Assembly: GCA_039194425.1 (NCBI GenBank)
Contig: JBCCVZ010000009.1
Coordinates: 80,997-144,996, forward strand
Source of the DNA: Acidobacteriota bacterium
Lineage (GTDB): Bacteria > Acidobacteriota > Thermoanaerobaculia > Multivoradales > J023
DNA length: 64,000 nucleotides
Direction: 5' to 3'
Position numbers and translations under genes: made by a program. Shown here piece by piece: positions 56,611 to 64,000 of the stretch. How positions within the stretch are numbered: position 1 is the stretch's first letter; each line of letters starts with the position of its first letter. Under the pieces are notes generated by a model that was given only the letters and a program-made list of their open reading frames with translations, ran no database searches and was not told the origin of the DNA.

Positions 56611-57963
56611 ATGGCCAACACCGCCCACGACTTGCACTCGCCGAGCCCGGCTCCCGCTCTCGGGGAGCATCCGGAGAGCGACGGCCCGCGCGCGCTGCAG
56701 ATCGTGCTCGTCGCGGCCTTCCTGCTCGCGCTCGTCGCCGTGCCGGCACTGCGCTGGCACGACGCGGCGCTCGTCCCCTTCGTCGACTTCGCCGCGGCGG
56801 CCCGCTCCGCGCTCGATGCGCCCGACCGTGATGCCGACAAGCCCGGCAGTCTGCTGGCCGCAAACCGGCGGCTTCTGGCCGTAATCGACGCCTTCGAAGG
56901 CGATCTCGAGGACAGCTCGCCGCTGCGCACCCGCGCCCTGTCGACGATCCAGGGGCTGCGCTTCGCCTGGGGCGGCGTCGGCAACGAGTCGACCTACCGC
57001 GGGCGTGACGGCTGGCTGGTGTTTCGCGACGGCTACGACACCGTCGTCGGGCGACCCTTTCTGGCGCCGGCCGTGCTCGAGCGGCGGCGTGACGCGGGGC
57101 CGTCGTGGCGCGAGCCGGTGCGGCCCGATCCGTTGCCCGTGGTCGTCGACTTCGCCCGTCAGCTGGCGGCGCGCAACATCGACCTCGTCGTCGTGCTGGT
57201 GCCGACGAAGCTCACCGTGCACCCCGAGGCGCTCGCCGCCGGGCTCGTCGCCGATCTCGGCGTGCCGCGCAACCCGTCGACCGACGCCCTGCTCGACGAG
57301 CTCGAGGCGGACGGCGTGGAGCTCCTCGACGCCTCATCGCTGTTGATCGAGCTCCGCGACGCCGGCACACCCGCCTTCCTGCGCACCGACTCGCATTGGA
57401 CGCCGGCCGCGGTCGACGTGGTGGCCCGAGAGATCGCCGCACATCTGCGACCACGTCTCGACCCGCCGCCGTCGCAGAGCGGCAGCGCCGACGAGACTGT
57501 GTGGTGGCGCCGCACGCCCCGCCGCGTCGAGGGCCGGGGGGACCTGTATCGCCTGCTCGCGCTGCCAGAGGCAGGCCGGCTGGCGGGCGAGCGCCTGGTG
57601 GCGAGCGAGGCGGTCGAGATCCAGGTGGTGTCGACTGCCGACGACCGCCTTTGGCGCCCCGAACGTGGCTCCTCGGTACTGCTGCTCGGCGACTCGTTCA
57701 GTAACGTCTTCTCCGAGTCGATGCTCGGGTGGGGCGAAGGCGCCGGCCTCGGCGAACAGCTGTCGTACCACCTCGGCCGGCGCATCGACCGGCTGGCAGT
57801 GAACGACGGCAGCGCCTCGACCGTGCGCGAGCGGCTGGCCGCCGACGCCGCACGTCTCGACGGAGTGCGCGTCGTCGTCTGGCAGATCGCCGCCCGCGAG
57901 CTGGCGAGCGGCGACTGGCGCCCGGTAGCGCGTCAAACCGGTAATGCTACAGTGCCGCCATGA
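56611..57963 (+). CDS. AlgJ/AlgX-type SGNH-like O-acetyltransferase partner
   Basis: N-terminal TM anchor LQIVLVAAFLLALVAVPAL. DxHW-type motif in FLRTDSHWTPAAVDV. LLLGDSFSN. Confidence 0.7.
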   Translation: MANTAHDLHSPSPAPALGEHPESDGPRALQIVLVAAFLLALVAVPALRWHDAALVPFVDFAAAARSALDAPDRDADKPGSLLAANRRLLAVIDAFEGDLEDSSPLRTRALSTIQGLRFAWGGVGNESTYRGRDGWLVFRDGYDTVVGRPFLAPAVLERRRDAGPSWREPVRPDPLPVVVDFARQLAARNIDLVVVLVPTKLTVHPEALAAGLVADLGVPRNPSTDALLDELEADGVELLDASSLLIELRDAGTPAFLRTDSHWTPAAVDVVAREIAAHLRPRLDPPPSQSGSADETVWWRRTPRRVEGRGDLYRLLALPEAGRLAGERLVASEAVEIQVVSTADDRLWRPERGSSVLLLGDSFSNVFSESMLGWGEGAGLGEQLSYHLGRRIDRLAVNDGSASTVRERLAADAARLDGVRVVVWQIAARELASGDWRPVARQTGNATVPP

Positions 57964-58175
57964 TCACCTCGCGTCCCCTGGATACCAGTGCCGACGCCGA
58001 TCGAGCTCAATTCGAGGTCTACCGGCGGATGACAGGGGCGCAGCGACTCAAGGTCGCCCTCGATCTGAGTGAGTTTGTTCGCGAATGTGCCAAGTCACAC
58101 ATTCGCAAGCGGCACCCGGAGATGACCGAACCCGAGGTCACCCGCGAGCTCATTCGCGAGATGTACAACGTCTGA
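57960..58175 (+). CDS. small helical protein (71 aa), unknown
   Basis: ATG overlaps the AlgJ-like stop (ATGA at 57960-57963). Charged, helical composition. First gene of the low-GC stretch. Confidence 0.55.
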   Translation: MITSRPLDTSADADRAQFEVYRRMTGAQRLKVALDLSEFVRECAKSHIRKRHPEMTEPEVTRELIREMYNV

Positions 58176-58190
58176 CGCAGGCATCTGGCC

Positions 58191-58754
58191 TTGCAGACAA
58201 CAACGGACCTGTTCGAACGTCTCATCCCGCTCTTGGACCGGGCCGGGATTCCCTACATGGTCGCGGGCTCCATCGCCAGCTCGGTCCACGGATCCCCCCG
58301 ATCGACGCAAGATGTGGATCTGGTCATCGCCCCGGACCACGCGAGCTTGCTTCGCCTGCTCCAATCCCTGCCCCACGACACCTACTATTTCAGCGAGGAG
58401 TCGGCTCTCCGTGCCTTCGCCCGGAAGGGGCAATTCAACATCATCGACTTCAAGACCGGCTGGAAAGTCGACTTCATCCTGCGCAAATCGAGGCCCTTCA
58501 GCGCGCTGGAGTTCGAGCGGCGCCAGGTGGAGGTTGTCGATGGGATCCAGCTCTTCGTCGCCCGGCCCGAGGATGTCTTGCTTTCCAAGCTGGAGTGGGC
58601 ACGGATGGGTTCTTCGGACCGCCAAATCTCCGATGCAGCAGGCATTCTTCGGGTTCAGGGTCAGCACTTGGACTGGGACTACATCGAACATTGGATCGAC
58701 GAACTGAGCCTGGTCGACGAGCTCAAGCGGGCCAGGACTGCGGCAGAGACCTAG
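58191..58754 (+). CDS. minimal nucleotidyltransferase-fold protein (Pol-beta superfamily)
   Basis: hG[GS]x9-13Dh[DE]h motif: VAGSIASSVHGSPRSTQDVDLVI. 187 aa. The sampled line is 58% GC. Confidence 0.65.
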   Translation: MQTTTDLFERLIPLLDRAGIPYMVAGSIASSVHGSPRSTQDVDLVIAPDHASLLRLLQSLPHDTYYFSEESALRAFARKGQFNIIDFKTGWKVDFILRKSRPFSALEFERRQVEVVDGIQLFVARPEDVLLSKLEWARMGSSDRQISDAAGILRVQGQHLDWDYIEHWIDELSLVDELKRARTAAET

Positions 58755-58969
58755 GAGCCTGGTCTCGCTCGAGCCGGGCGGACCGAGATCAAGCGCGTTG
58801 TGGCCAAGCACCGGCGACGGTGTAGGTGTTGACGACAGGAGACCTAGTGCCTGTGTTCTCGCAGTCCACGCTCTCAGTCTGGGTTGGCCCATTTGGAGTC
58901 AGCAAGTCAGGTGCCCCGCGTTGAACGAATCGGCCCAGCAGATACGAATCTCGATGCGGACGGACAGCG

Positions 58970-59602
58970 TCACGGCCCTTCGTGCCACGGCTCGGCACGG
59001 GCGGAAACGCTCTTCATCCCCGGCTTGAAGAGGAGAGTGTAGGCGCGGGCGCGGATCGGCAGCCGACCGTCTTCGAGCAGCGACACGAGGGCAGAGAGGG
59101 CCAGGGGATGGGCGCGCCGAAAACGGCGATAGGTCATCGTCTCCCCCGCAAATCGGTCGTGCGTCAGGGTCACCCGGCTACCGCCGGCCGTCGCCTCGAT
59201 CTCTACCGTGATCCGGCTCGGTGCTTCGTCGAGGTCGGCGGCGCGGAAGGTCTGCTGAAAGCGTCTGGGCGGCTCGAGCATCAGAATCTCTCCGTCGGCG
59301 AGTAGCCGCTCGAGGTCGTCGGTGACGAAGCGCCAGCGCCCACCCGGCCGCATCTCGGCCTGCAACACGGCATCAAAGTAGTGAGGATTGGGCACGTCGG
59401 TACGGGTCAACGCCTGCCACACGGTCTCTGGAGACGCGGCGACTTCGAAATCGCATGACAGAAGGCTGGAGCCGTCAGCATCCGCGAGCTCCTCGCAACG
59501 GACCCGCGAACCGCTGAACAGCCACACGGTCCCCAGCAGCAGAGCGAGCGCTGCTCCCAGGCCGGCGAGCAAGAGACGCAGTTTCAAAGCCACGATCGTC
59601 AC
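58970..59602 (-). CDS. SRPBCC (Aha1/START-like) domain protein with N-terminal TM/signal
   Basis: GTG start at 59602 or 59593. LKLRLLLAGLGAALALLLGTVWLF, then ASPETVWQALTRTD...GGRWRF...EPPRRFQQTF...TVEIEATAGGSRVTLTHDRF, typical of the Aha1/SRPBCC fold. The upstream part of the track ORF was discarded. Confidence 0.6.
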   Translation of the reverse strand: MTIVALKLRLLLAGLGAALALLLGTVWLFSGSRVRCEELADADGSSLLSCDFEVAASPETVWQALTRTDVPNPHYFDAVLQAEMRPGGRWRFVTDDLERLLADGEILMLEPPRRFQQTFRAADLDEAPSRITVEIEATAGGSRVTLTHDRFAGETMTYRRFRRAHPLALSALVSLLEDGRLPIRARAYTLLFKPGMKSVSARAEPWHEGP

Positions 59603-59827
59603 TCTACCGCCAATCGAGCGACCGGCCTCTATCGCAGTCGTGGGCGTTGGCACCGCCAACGAGCCTTCGAGGTGGACCGAATCGATCTCGTAGCTCGCGA
59701 CGCGCGTCCCGGCAAACAACGACCGGGCGGGCCAAACCTCAGCACTCTGTGGCCAACCGGACCTGGTGATCGAGGGCACACGATCACCAGGTCCGTGGGT
59801 GCCCGTCGGCTTCCGCGGTACTGGCTC

Positions 59828-60256
59828 TTAGCTGCTGGGCTCGGCGATAGGAGTCGCCGTGAGCACGTTGGTGCCGGAGGCATACAGCTTCAACTCTGCA
59901 CCGGAGTCGACCTTCCAGCGGACTTGGTACTTCGCGTCCTCTGTGGGCTTGTCAATACCCCGTGCGGACAGGTTCATCCGAAGAGCGGAACTTGAGCTCT
60001 TGGAGATGCCTGCTTGGCATATCTTGACCCCCGTGGTGTTAGGATCATTCTCGTAGAATCGGTAGACCGCCACGTAGGCGTTCTCGTAGCTGTTCGAGTC
60101 TTCGACTTTCAGACCACCCACGTTGACCTCGACGAGGTATGTCGTACCGATCGCAAGCGGCACGTGGACAGCCTGCCAACCCTCGAGGTCTTCGTAGCTG
60201 CTCGCATTCGTGGTCTGATTGTCGGTCGGCGAGTACGGTTCCCAGTAGGTATCCAT
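59828..60256 (-). CDS. hypothetical 142-aa protein, beta-rich, no signal peptide
   Basis: ATG start. Low-GC codon usage similar to the upstream large gene. N/S/T/Y/E-rich. No family recognised. Confidence 0.5.
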   Translation of the reverse strand: MDTYWEPYSPTDNQTTNASSYEDLEGWQAVHVPLAIGTTYLVEVNVGGLKVEDSNSYENAYVAVYRFYENDPNTTGVKICQAGISKSSSSALRMNLSARGIDKPTEDAKYQVRWKVDSGAELKLYASGTNVLTATPIAEPSS

Positions 60257-60470
60257 GGGTTCTCCTTGTCGTCATCCGCTCGATCGCAGCTGTCAGTGGG
60301 TGTCACGAGCCTGGGGAATCCAGCCGCCTGGCGCCGTGGGGCGATTGGCGGGCGCCTGAGGCGCTCGTTGACTGCCGGAGAGCTTGCCGACACAGGCGGC
60401 GTGAAGACCTGTGAAAGTTCTCGGAAGGCTCTGAAATGCCCACCGAGCGGCCCTGCCGCCGTGGAGTTGC

Positions 60471-63400
60471 CTAGGGAACGCTGGGGAGAGTTGCGGGACG
60501 CGAAAACCCGGCTTCGATTCGTTTCTTCAAGTCTTCATCACGGCCCTCGCGGAGCTCCTTGAAGGCCTTCGCAAAGGTAGCGCTGGCATCTTCGTCCAGG
60601 CCGAGGGCCGACTGTGCTTCGGCCAGGCTCACACCGGAAAGTAGGAGGTTTCGATGACCGGGTTCGAGTACGGCCTCGAATCGGTCATGAGCCTCTTCGA
60701 GCAGTTGGAGAGCAGCAGCCGAATCGCCTTTCTGCAAGAGCACATTGCCGAGATCGAGACGGCTTCGGGCGTTCGCCGGATGCTCTTCGCCTAGCAGCTC
60801 AAGACGCATGGCCAGGCCCTCCGCACTGAGCGATTCGGCTTCTTCCAAGTTGCCTGCCTGGAGCTGGATCTGGCTGAGACTCGAAAGCGAGGTGGCAATG
60901 CTCGGGTGGGCCTCTCCGTGGATCCTCCGTTTCATCGCCAGGCTTCGCCGGCAGACGGACTCGGCTTCGTCGAGCTGGCCGTCGGCTTGCAGAGCTCTCG
61001 CCAGATTGGCGTACGTGACGGCTATCCAAGGATGCTCTTCGCCGATGGCTTCTTCCAGCAAATCGATCGCCTGTCGATATCGTTTCGCAGCGTCACCAGG
61101 GCGGCCGGCGGTCCTTGCCACGAGGGCGAGATTGTTGGTCGTCACGCCAACCATTGGATGGTGTTCCCCGAGGACCCGACGGCGTATTCGGAGACACTCC
61201 GAGAATCGCTCTTCGGCGGCCTCGAGCTGGTTCAGGGCGAGGAACACGAGGCCCAGATTCTCGGTGGTGGTGGCCAAGTACGGGTCTTCGGGAGAAAGCA
61301 CCTTGCGACTCATCCTCAGCGCTTCTTCCAGGAGGCTCTGCGCCTCCGAGTACCGCCCCATCTTTCTTTCGACAATGCCGAGGAAAGTGAGAGTTCTTGC
61401 CAGCTCGGGGCGGTCCGAAGGATCCGCCTGGCGACGAGCTTTCAGAACCTGCTCGTAGATGACCTTGGCGGATTCGTACTCTCCCCGCTCACGGTGGGCC
61501 GCGGCCATTTTCTGCCGAATATCGAGGAGTATTGCGGAATTGGCCGGATGTGCTTTCTGACCTGCGCGGAGAGCCTCCTCGAAAAGTCGTATGGCTTCTT
61601 CATTCAGCGCCATCGCGGAATAGGCATTGCCCATGGACGTCAAGAGAGCCGATTTGACGACCGGTTCTGCATCGAGCTCTTGGGAAATTCTTTCGCTGGC
61701 ACGGTCGAGAAGCTGGCGGGCAGAGAGCTCGGTCGGCTGGCCCCGGATCGGATCAGAGTTCTGAAAGAGATCTTCCATGAACTGGGTGACCCGGCGCGAG
61801 GTCTCGGCCTCGTTGCGTGCCTCCTCGGCGGCCAAGCTGACACGGTGGGACTGAAAGGCCATGGCGGCGCCGAAGAGCGCCATTAAAACGAACGCGATTG
61901 AGGCGACTTTGCGGCGCCGCTTGGAGAGCTCCAGGGCGGCCCTGATGGCGTCGCTCTCAGCGCGTTCGTTCTTGAGAGATTCTCGTTCCCGGCGCCGAGG
62001 TCCGAGGGAGCGAAGCCGAGACGCGAGCTGACCGGCGTCGGCAAGTCGCCGTGAGGGATCGCCGTCAATGGCAGCAGCGATGTCTTCGCTGAGTAGATCG
62101 CCTTCAACGTCGCGCTCCCATCCGGGCGCCAGTGCACGGCGGAGGTCGCCGACCGCGAGTTGGTAGAGAGTGACGCCGAGTGCGAAAACGTCAGCCTGGA
62201 CGGTCGGCCGGCGGCCTTCGATCAGCTCCGGAGCCTGGTAGAGACGGGTGCCAAGGTCTCGACTTCTAGAACCGTCTTCCGACGCGGATTCGGTGAGCCC
62301 TTGAACGGTGATTCCGGCCCCCTCGAGCACAGCGCGGTCTGTCAGCATGCCGATGCCGAAATCGGTGAGGCGCGCCCGCGGCCGACCCGCCGCGTCGGTC
62401 TGAATCAGGATGTTGGCTGGCTTGATATCGCGGTGAAGAACGCCTACAGAATGCGCAGCAGCCAGAGCTTCGGCACATTGTGCCGCGATTTCCAGACGCA
62501 GATCGAGGTCGAGCTTTGCGACGCCACCTTGGTCATCTGACCATTCGAGCAGGCTTCCGGCCGCAGCATACTCCGTCTCGAGGAAGTAGGGTTTCTCGTC
62601 GAAATTCCAATCGAGTAGCCTCGTGATGTCCTCGCGCTCGCCAAGGGACCCTCGGAGCAGCCGGAGTAGGGTGACTTCCCGCCTCAAAGCTCTGAGCCGT
62701 TCCCGATGGTGACAGAACTTGAAGACCCGCGGCTCGCCGCTCTCGCGATCGAGGGCGAGCCAAGCCTCACCGTATCCGCCTTCTCCGACCTTGCGTTCCA
62801 GCCGGTAGCTTTCACGGGCGGGCACAATGAGTCCGTTGGCAGGACGCCAGCCAGGAATCAGATCGTCGGCACCGAGGCGACTTCCGGCCCTCGAATCGGG
62901 AGGAGGCTCGAGCGGCGCCCTGTACGTGACGCCAACTTCGTAGATTCGTAGCGGGTGTTCGAGATCAGGTAGCGAATACGGGCCATGGGCGAGCCAGTCC
63001 AGACCTTCGTCTTTGTCGCCCGAGTCTTGGGCATCTAGATCATGGATGCCTCGGACCTTCTCAGCTTCCCGTGCGAGGTCGAACGCGCTGCGCGTCAGGA
63101 GAATCTGCCCGGGAATGGCCAAGGAAGCGAGCTTCTCGGCGAGGTCCACGGCTGGGCCTTGAATTCGTGAAGCTTCATTCTCATTCGACCCTGGCGGGGC
63201 GGCTCCCAGGCTCGCTTCTCCGCAGTGGATTCCAACTCGCGGCGGCAAACCCCCTTCGTGGTCTATGTCTAGAGCGCTTTCGAAGACGTGCTGGCTGGCG
63301 AGCGCGAATCCAACAGCCTCCGCGGGACGGGTGAAGCTCAAGGCGAAATTCTTGACGAGGCGGCCTCGGAGAGCTTCGGCGACACCGTGGATCTGCGAGA

Positions 63401-63773
63401 CCATCGCCTTGGGAGGCGGGGATGCAAAGGCGACGATGGTCTGAACTGTGGCGGTCGCTAGGATCTCGACCGAGGCGATCAGCTGATAGCCCCGGCGCGG
63501 TACCGTACGGATGAAACGCGGACGGCGGGCGTTATCGCCGAAAGCTCGGCGTAGGTCCCAAATGCAATGGGTCAGCGCCTCCTCGCCGACGAAGACTTCG
63601 CCCCACACGTCGTCGAGAAGCTGCTCCCGGGAGAGCACTTCGCCAGGGCAGCGGGCCAGCTCTACCAGGACGGCCATCGACTTCAGCTCGACCCGCACGG
63701 CTCCCTCGGCGGAGACAATCTCCGCGGTCGCGGGACGGACGATAAGTCCACCAATCTGAAGCTCGCTGCTCAC
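60471..63773 (-). CDS. 1100-aa multidomain protein: OmpR/PhoB-type winged-helix + degenerate class III cyclase-homology domain + Hanks Ser/Thr kinase + TM helix + long TPR array
   Basis: wHTH: VELKSMAVLVELARCPGEVLSREQLLDDVWG...IRTVPRRGYQL. Cyclase homology domain (CHD): IVAFAS (Asp of FAD replaced), RVGIHCGEASLG, GPAVDLAEKLASLAIPGQILLT. Kinase: GEGGYGEAW, VFKF, HRDIKPANILI, DFGIG, YQAPE. TM: VASIAFVLMALFGAAMAF. More than 8 TPR units follow (e.g. ARTLTFLGIVERKMGRYSEAQSLLEEAL). Confidence 0.85.
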   Translation of the reverse strand: MSSELQIGGLIVRPATAEIVSAEGAVRVELKSMAVLVELARCPGEVLSREQLLDDVWGEVFVGEEALTHCIWDLRRAFGDNARRPRFIRTVPRRGYQLIASVEILATATVQTIVAFASPPPKAMVSQIHGVAEALRGRLVKNFALSFTRPAEAVGFALASQHVFESALDIDHEGGLPPRVGIHCGEASLGAAPPGSNENEASRIQGPAVDLAEKLASLAIPGQILLTRSAFDLAREAEKVRGIHDLDAQDSGDKDEGLDWLAHGPYSLPDLEHPLRIYEVGVTYRAPLEPPPDSRAGSRLGADDLIPGWRPANGLIVPARESYRLERKVGEGGYGEAWLALDRESGEPRVFKFCHHRERLRALRREVTLLRLLRGSLGEREDITRLLDWNFDEKPYFLETEYAAAGSLLEWSDDQGGVAKLDLDLRLEIAAQCAEALAAAHSVGVLHRDIKPANILIQTDAAGRPRARLTDFGIGMLTDRAVLEGAGITVQGLTESASEDGSRSRDLGTRLYQAPELIEGRRPTVQADVFALGVTLYQLAVGDLRRALAPGWERDVEGDLLSEDIAAAIDGDPSRRLADAGQLASRLRSLGPRRRERESLKNERAESDAIRAALELSKRRRKVASIAFVLMALFGAAMAFQSHRVSLAAEEARNEAETSRRVTQFMEDLFQNSDPIRGQPTELSARQLLDRASERISQELDAEPVVKSALLTSMGNAYSAMALNEEAIRLFEEALRAGQKAHPANSAILLDIRQKMAAAHRERGEYESAKVIYEQVLKARRQADPSDRPELARTLTFLGIVERKMGRYSEAQSLLEEALRMSRKVLSPEDPYLATTTENLGLVFLALNQLEAAEERFSECLRIRRRVLGEHHPMVGVTTNNLALVARTAGRPGDAAKRYRQAIDLLEEAIGEEHPWIAVTYANLARALQADGQLDEAESVCRRSLAMKRRIHGEAHPSIATSLSSLSQIQLQAGNLEEAESLSAEGLAMRLELLGEEHPANARSRLDLGNVLLQKGDSAAALQLLEEAHDRFEAVLEPGHRNLLLSGVSLAEAQSALGLDEDASATFAKAFKELREGRDEDLKKRIEAGFSRPATLPSVP

Positions 63774-64000
63774 TCGGTCTGACTATAGCTCAGGCGAATC
63801 GCTCGAACTGCTGGCCGCTAGCTCATCGCCGGTCTCTCGTATTGCGTACAGCATTCCCGGTTGCCCAGGTGAGACCGCTGCGGGCTGAACGCGAATGTCG
63901 TGATGCCTTGCCAGACCTTGTCCTTCCTACGCTGAGCCGCGGTGGAGCCGGTGGCTGATTCGGACGAGCGAGATCCTCTCTCAAATGTCCTTCACATACT

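Overview
This is 64 kb of a very GC-rich bacterial chromosome. Most 60-nt lines I sampled are 70-80% GC, against about 58% in a few islands. About 60 protein genes are packed on both strands, and many neighbours share ATGA/GTGA start-stop overlaps. I recognised no rRNA, tRNA, CRISPR array, transposase or integrase. All family names come from motif recognition by eye on the supplied translations or my own translations; no searches were run. Gene order, left to right: pyrC (partial, minus strand, absent from the ORF track); a phnD-phnC-phnE type transporter; an NMO oxidoreductase; a fasciclin protein; a TPR protein; an MDR oxidoreductase; a 1251-aa hybrid sensor kinase; an orphan 352-aa protein; a class-C-like serine hydrolase; a DUF1963 protein; a Cys-rich lipoprotein; proBA; a small low-GC unit encoding a secreted 8-Cys pre-pro-peptide; an alpha/beta hydrolase; a secreted repeat protein; a membrane protein plus Na+/solute symporter; a SnoaL-pdxH-amidohydrolase operon; a sigma-54 enhancer-binding protein (EBP) followed by a sigma-54 promoter and a partner-switching cassette (micro-ORF, RsbW-like kinase, STAS protein, GAF-PP2C phosphatase); PmbA/TldD; pcm; an operon of RDD, Zn-ribbon membrane protein, SpoIIM-like protein, membrane protein, DUF4129, DUF4350, MoxR and DUF58; ParDE; CPXCG and DUF4920 proteins; an EF-G paralog divergent from a Hanks kinase; an M16 peptidase pair; a lipoprotein-MBOAT-AlgJ-like operon; and a low-GC island (about 57.9-64 kb) with a small-protein/minimal nucleotidyltransferase pair, an SRPBCC protein, an orphan 142-aa protein and an 1100-aa wHTH/pseudo-cyclase/kinase/TM/TPR protein. 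Best candidates for something new: (1) the sigma-54-controlled partner-switching cassette, which has no sigma factor output and whose activator has a deviant GAFTGA loop; (2) the translationally coupled MoxR/DUF58/DUF4350/DUF4129/SpoIIM/RDD operon with a low-GC Zn-ribbon insertion; (3) the secreted 8-cysteine peptide locus; (4) the EF-G paralog lacking the catalytic His, next to a Ser/Thr kinase; (5) the low-GC island at the right end.
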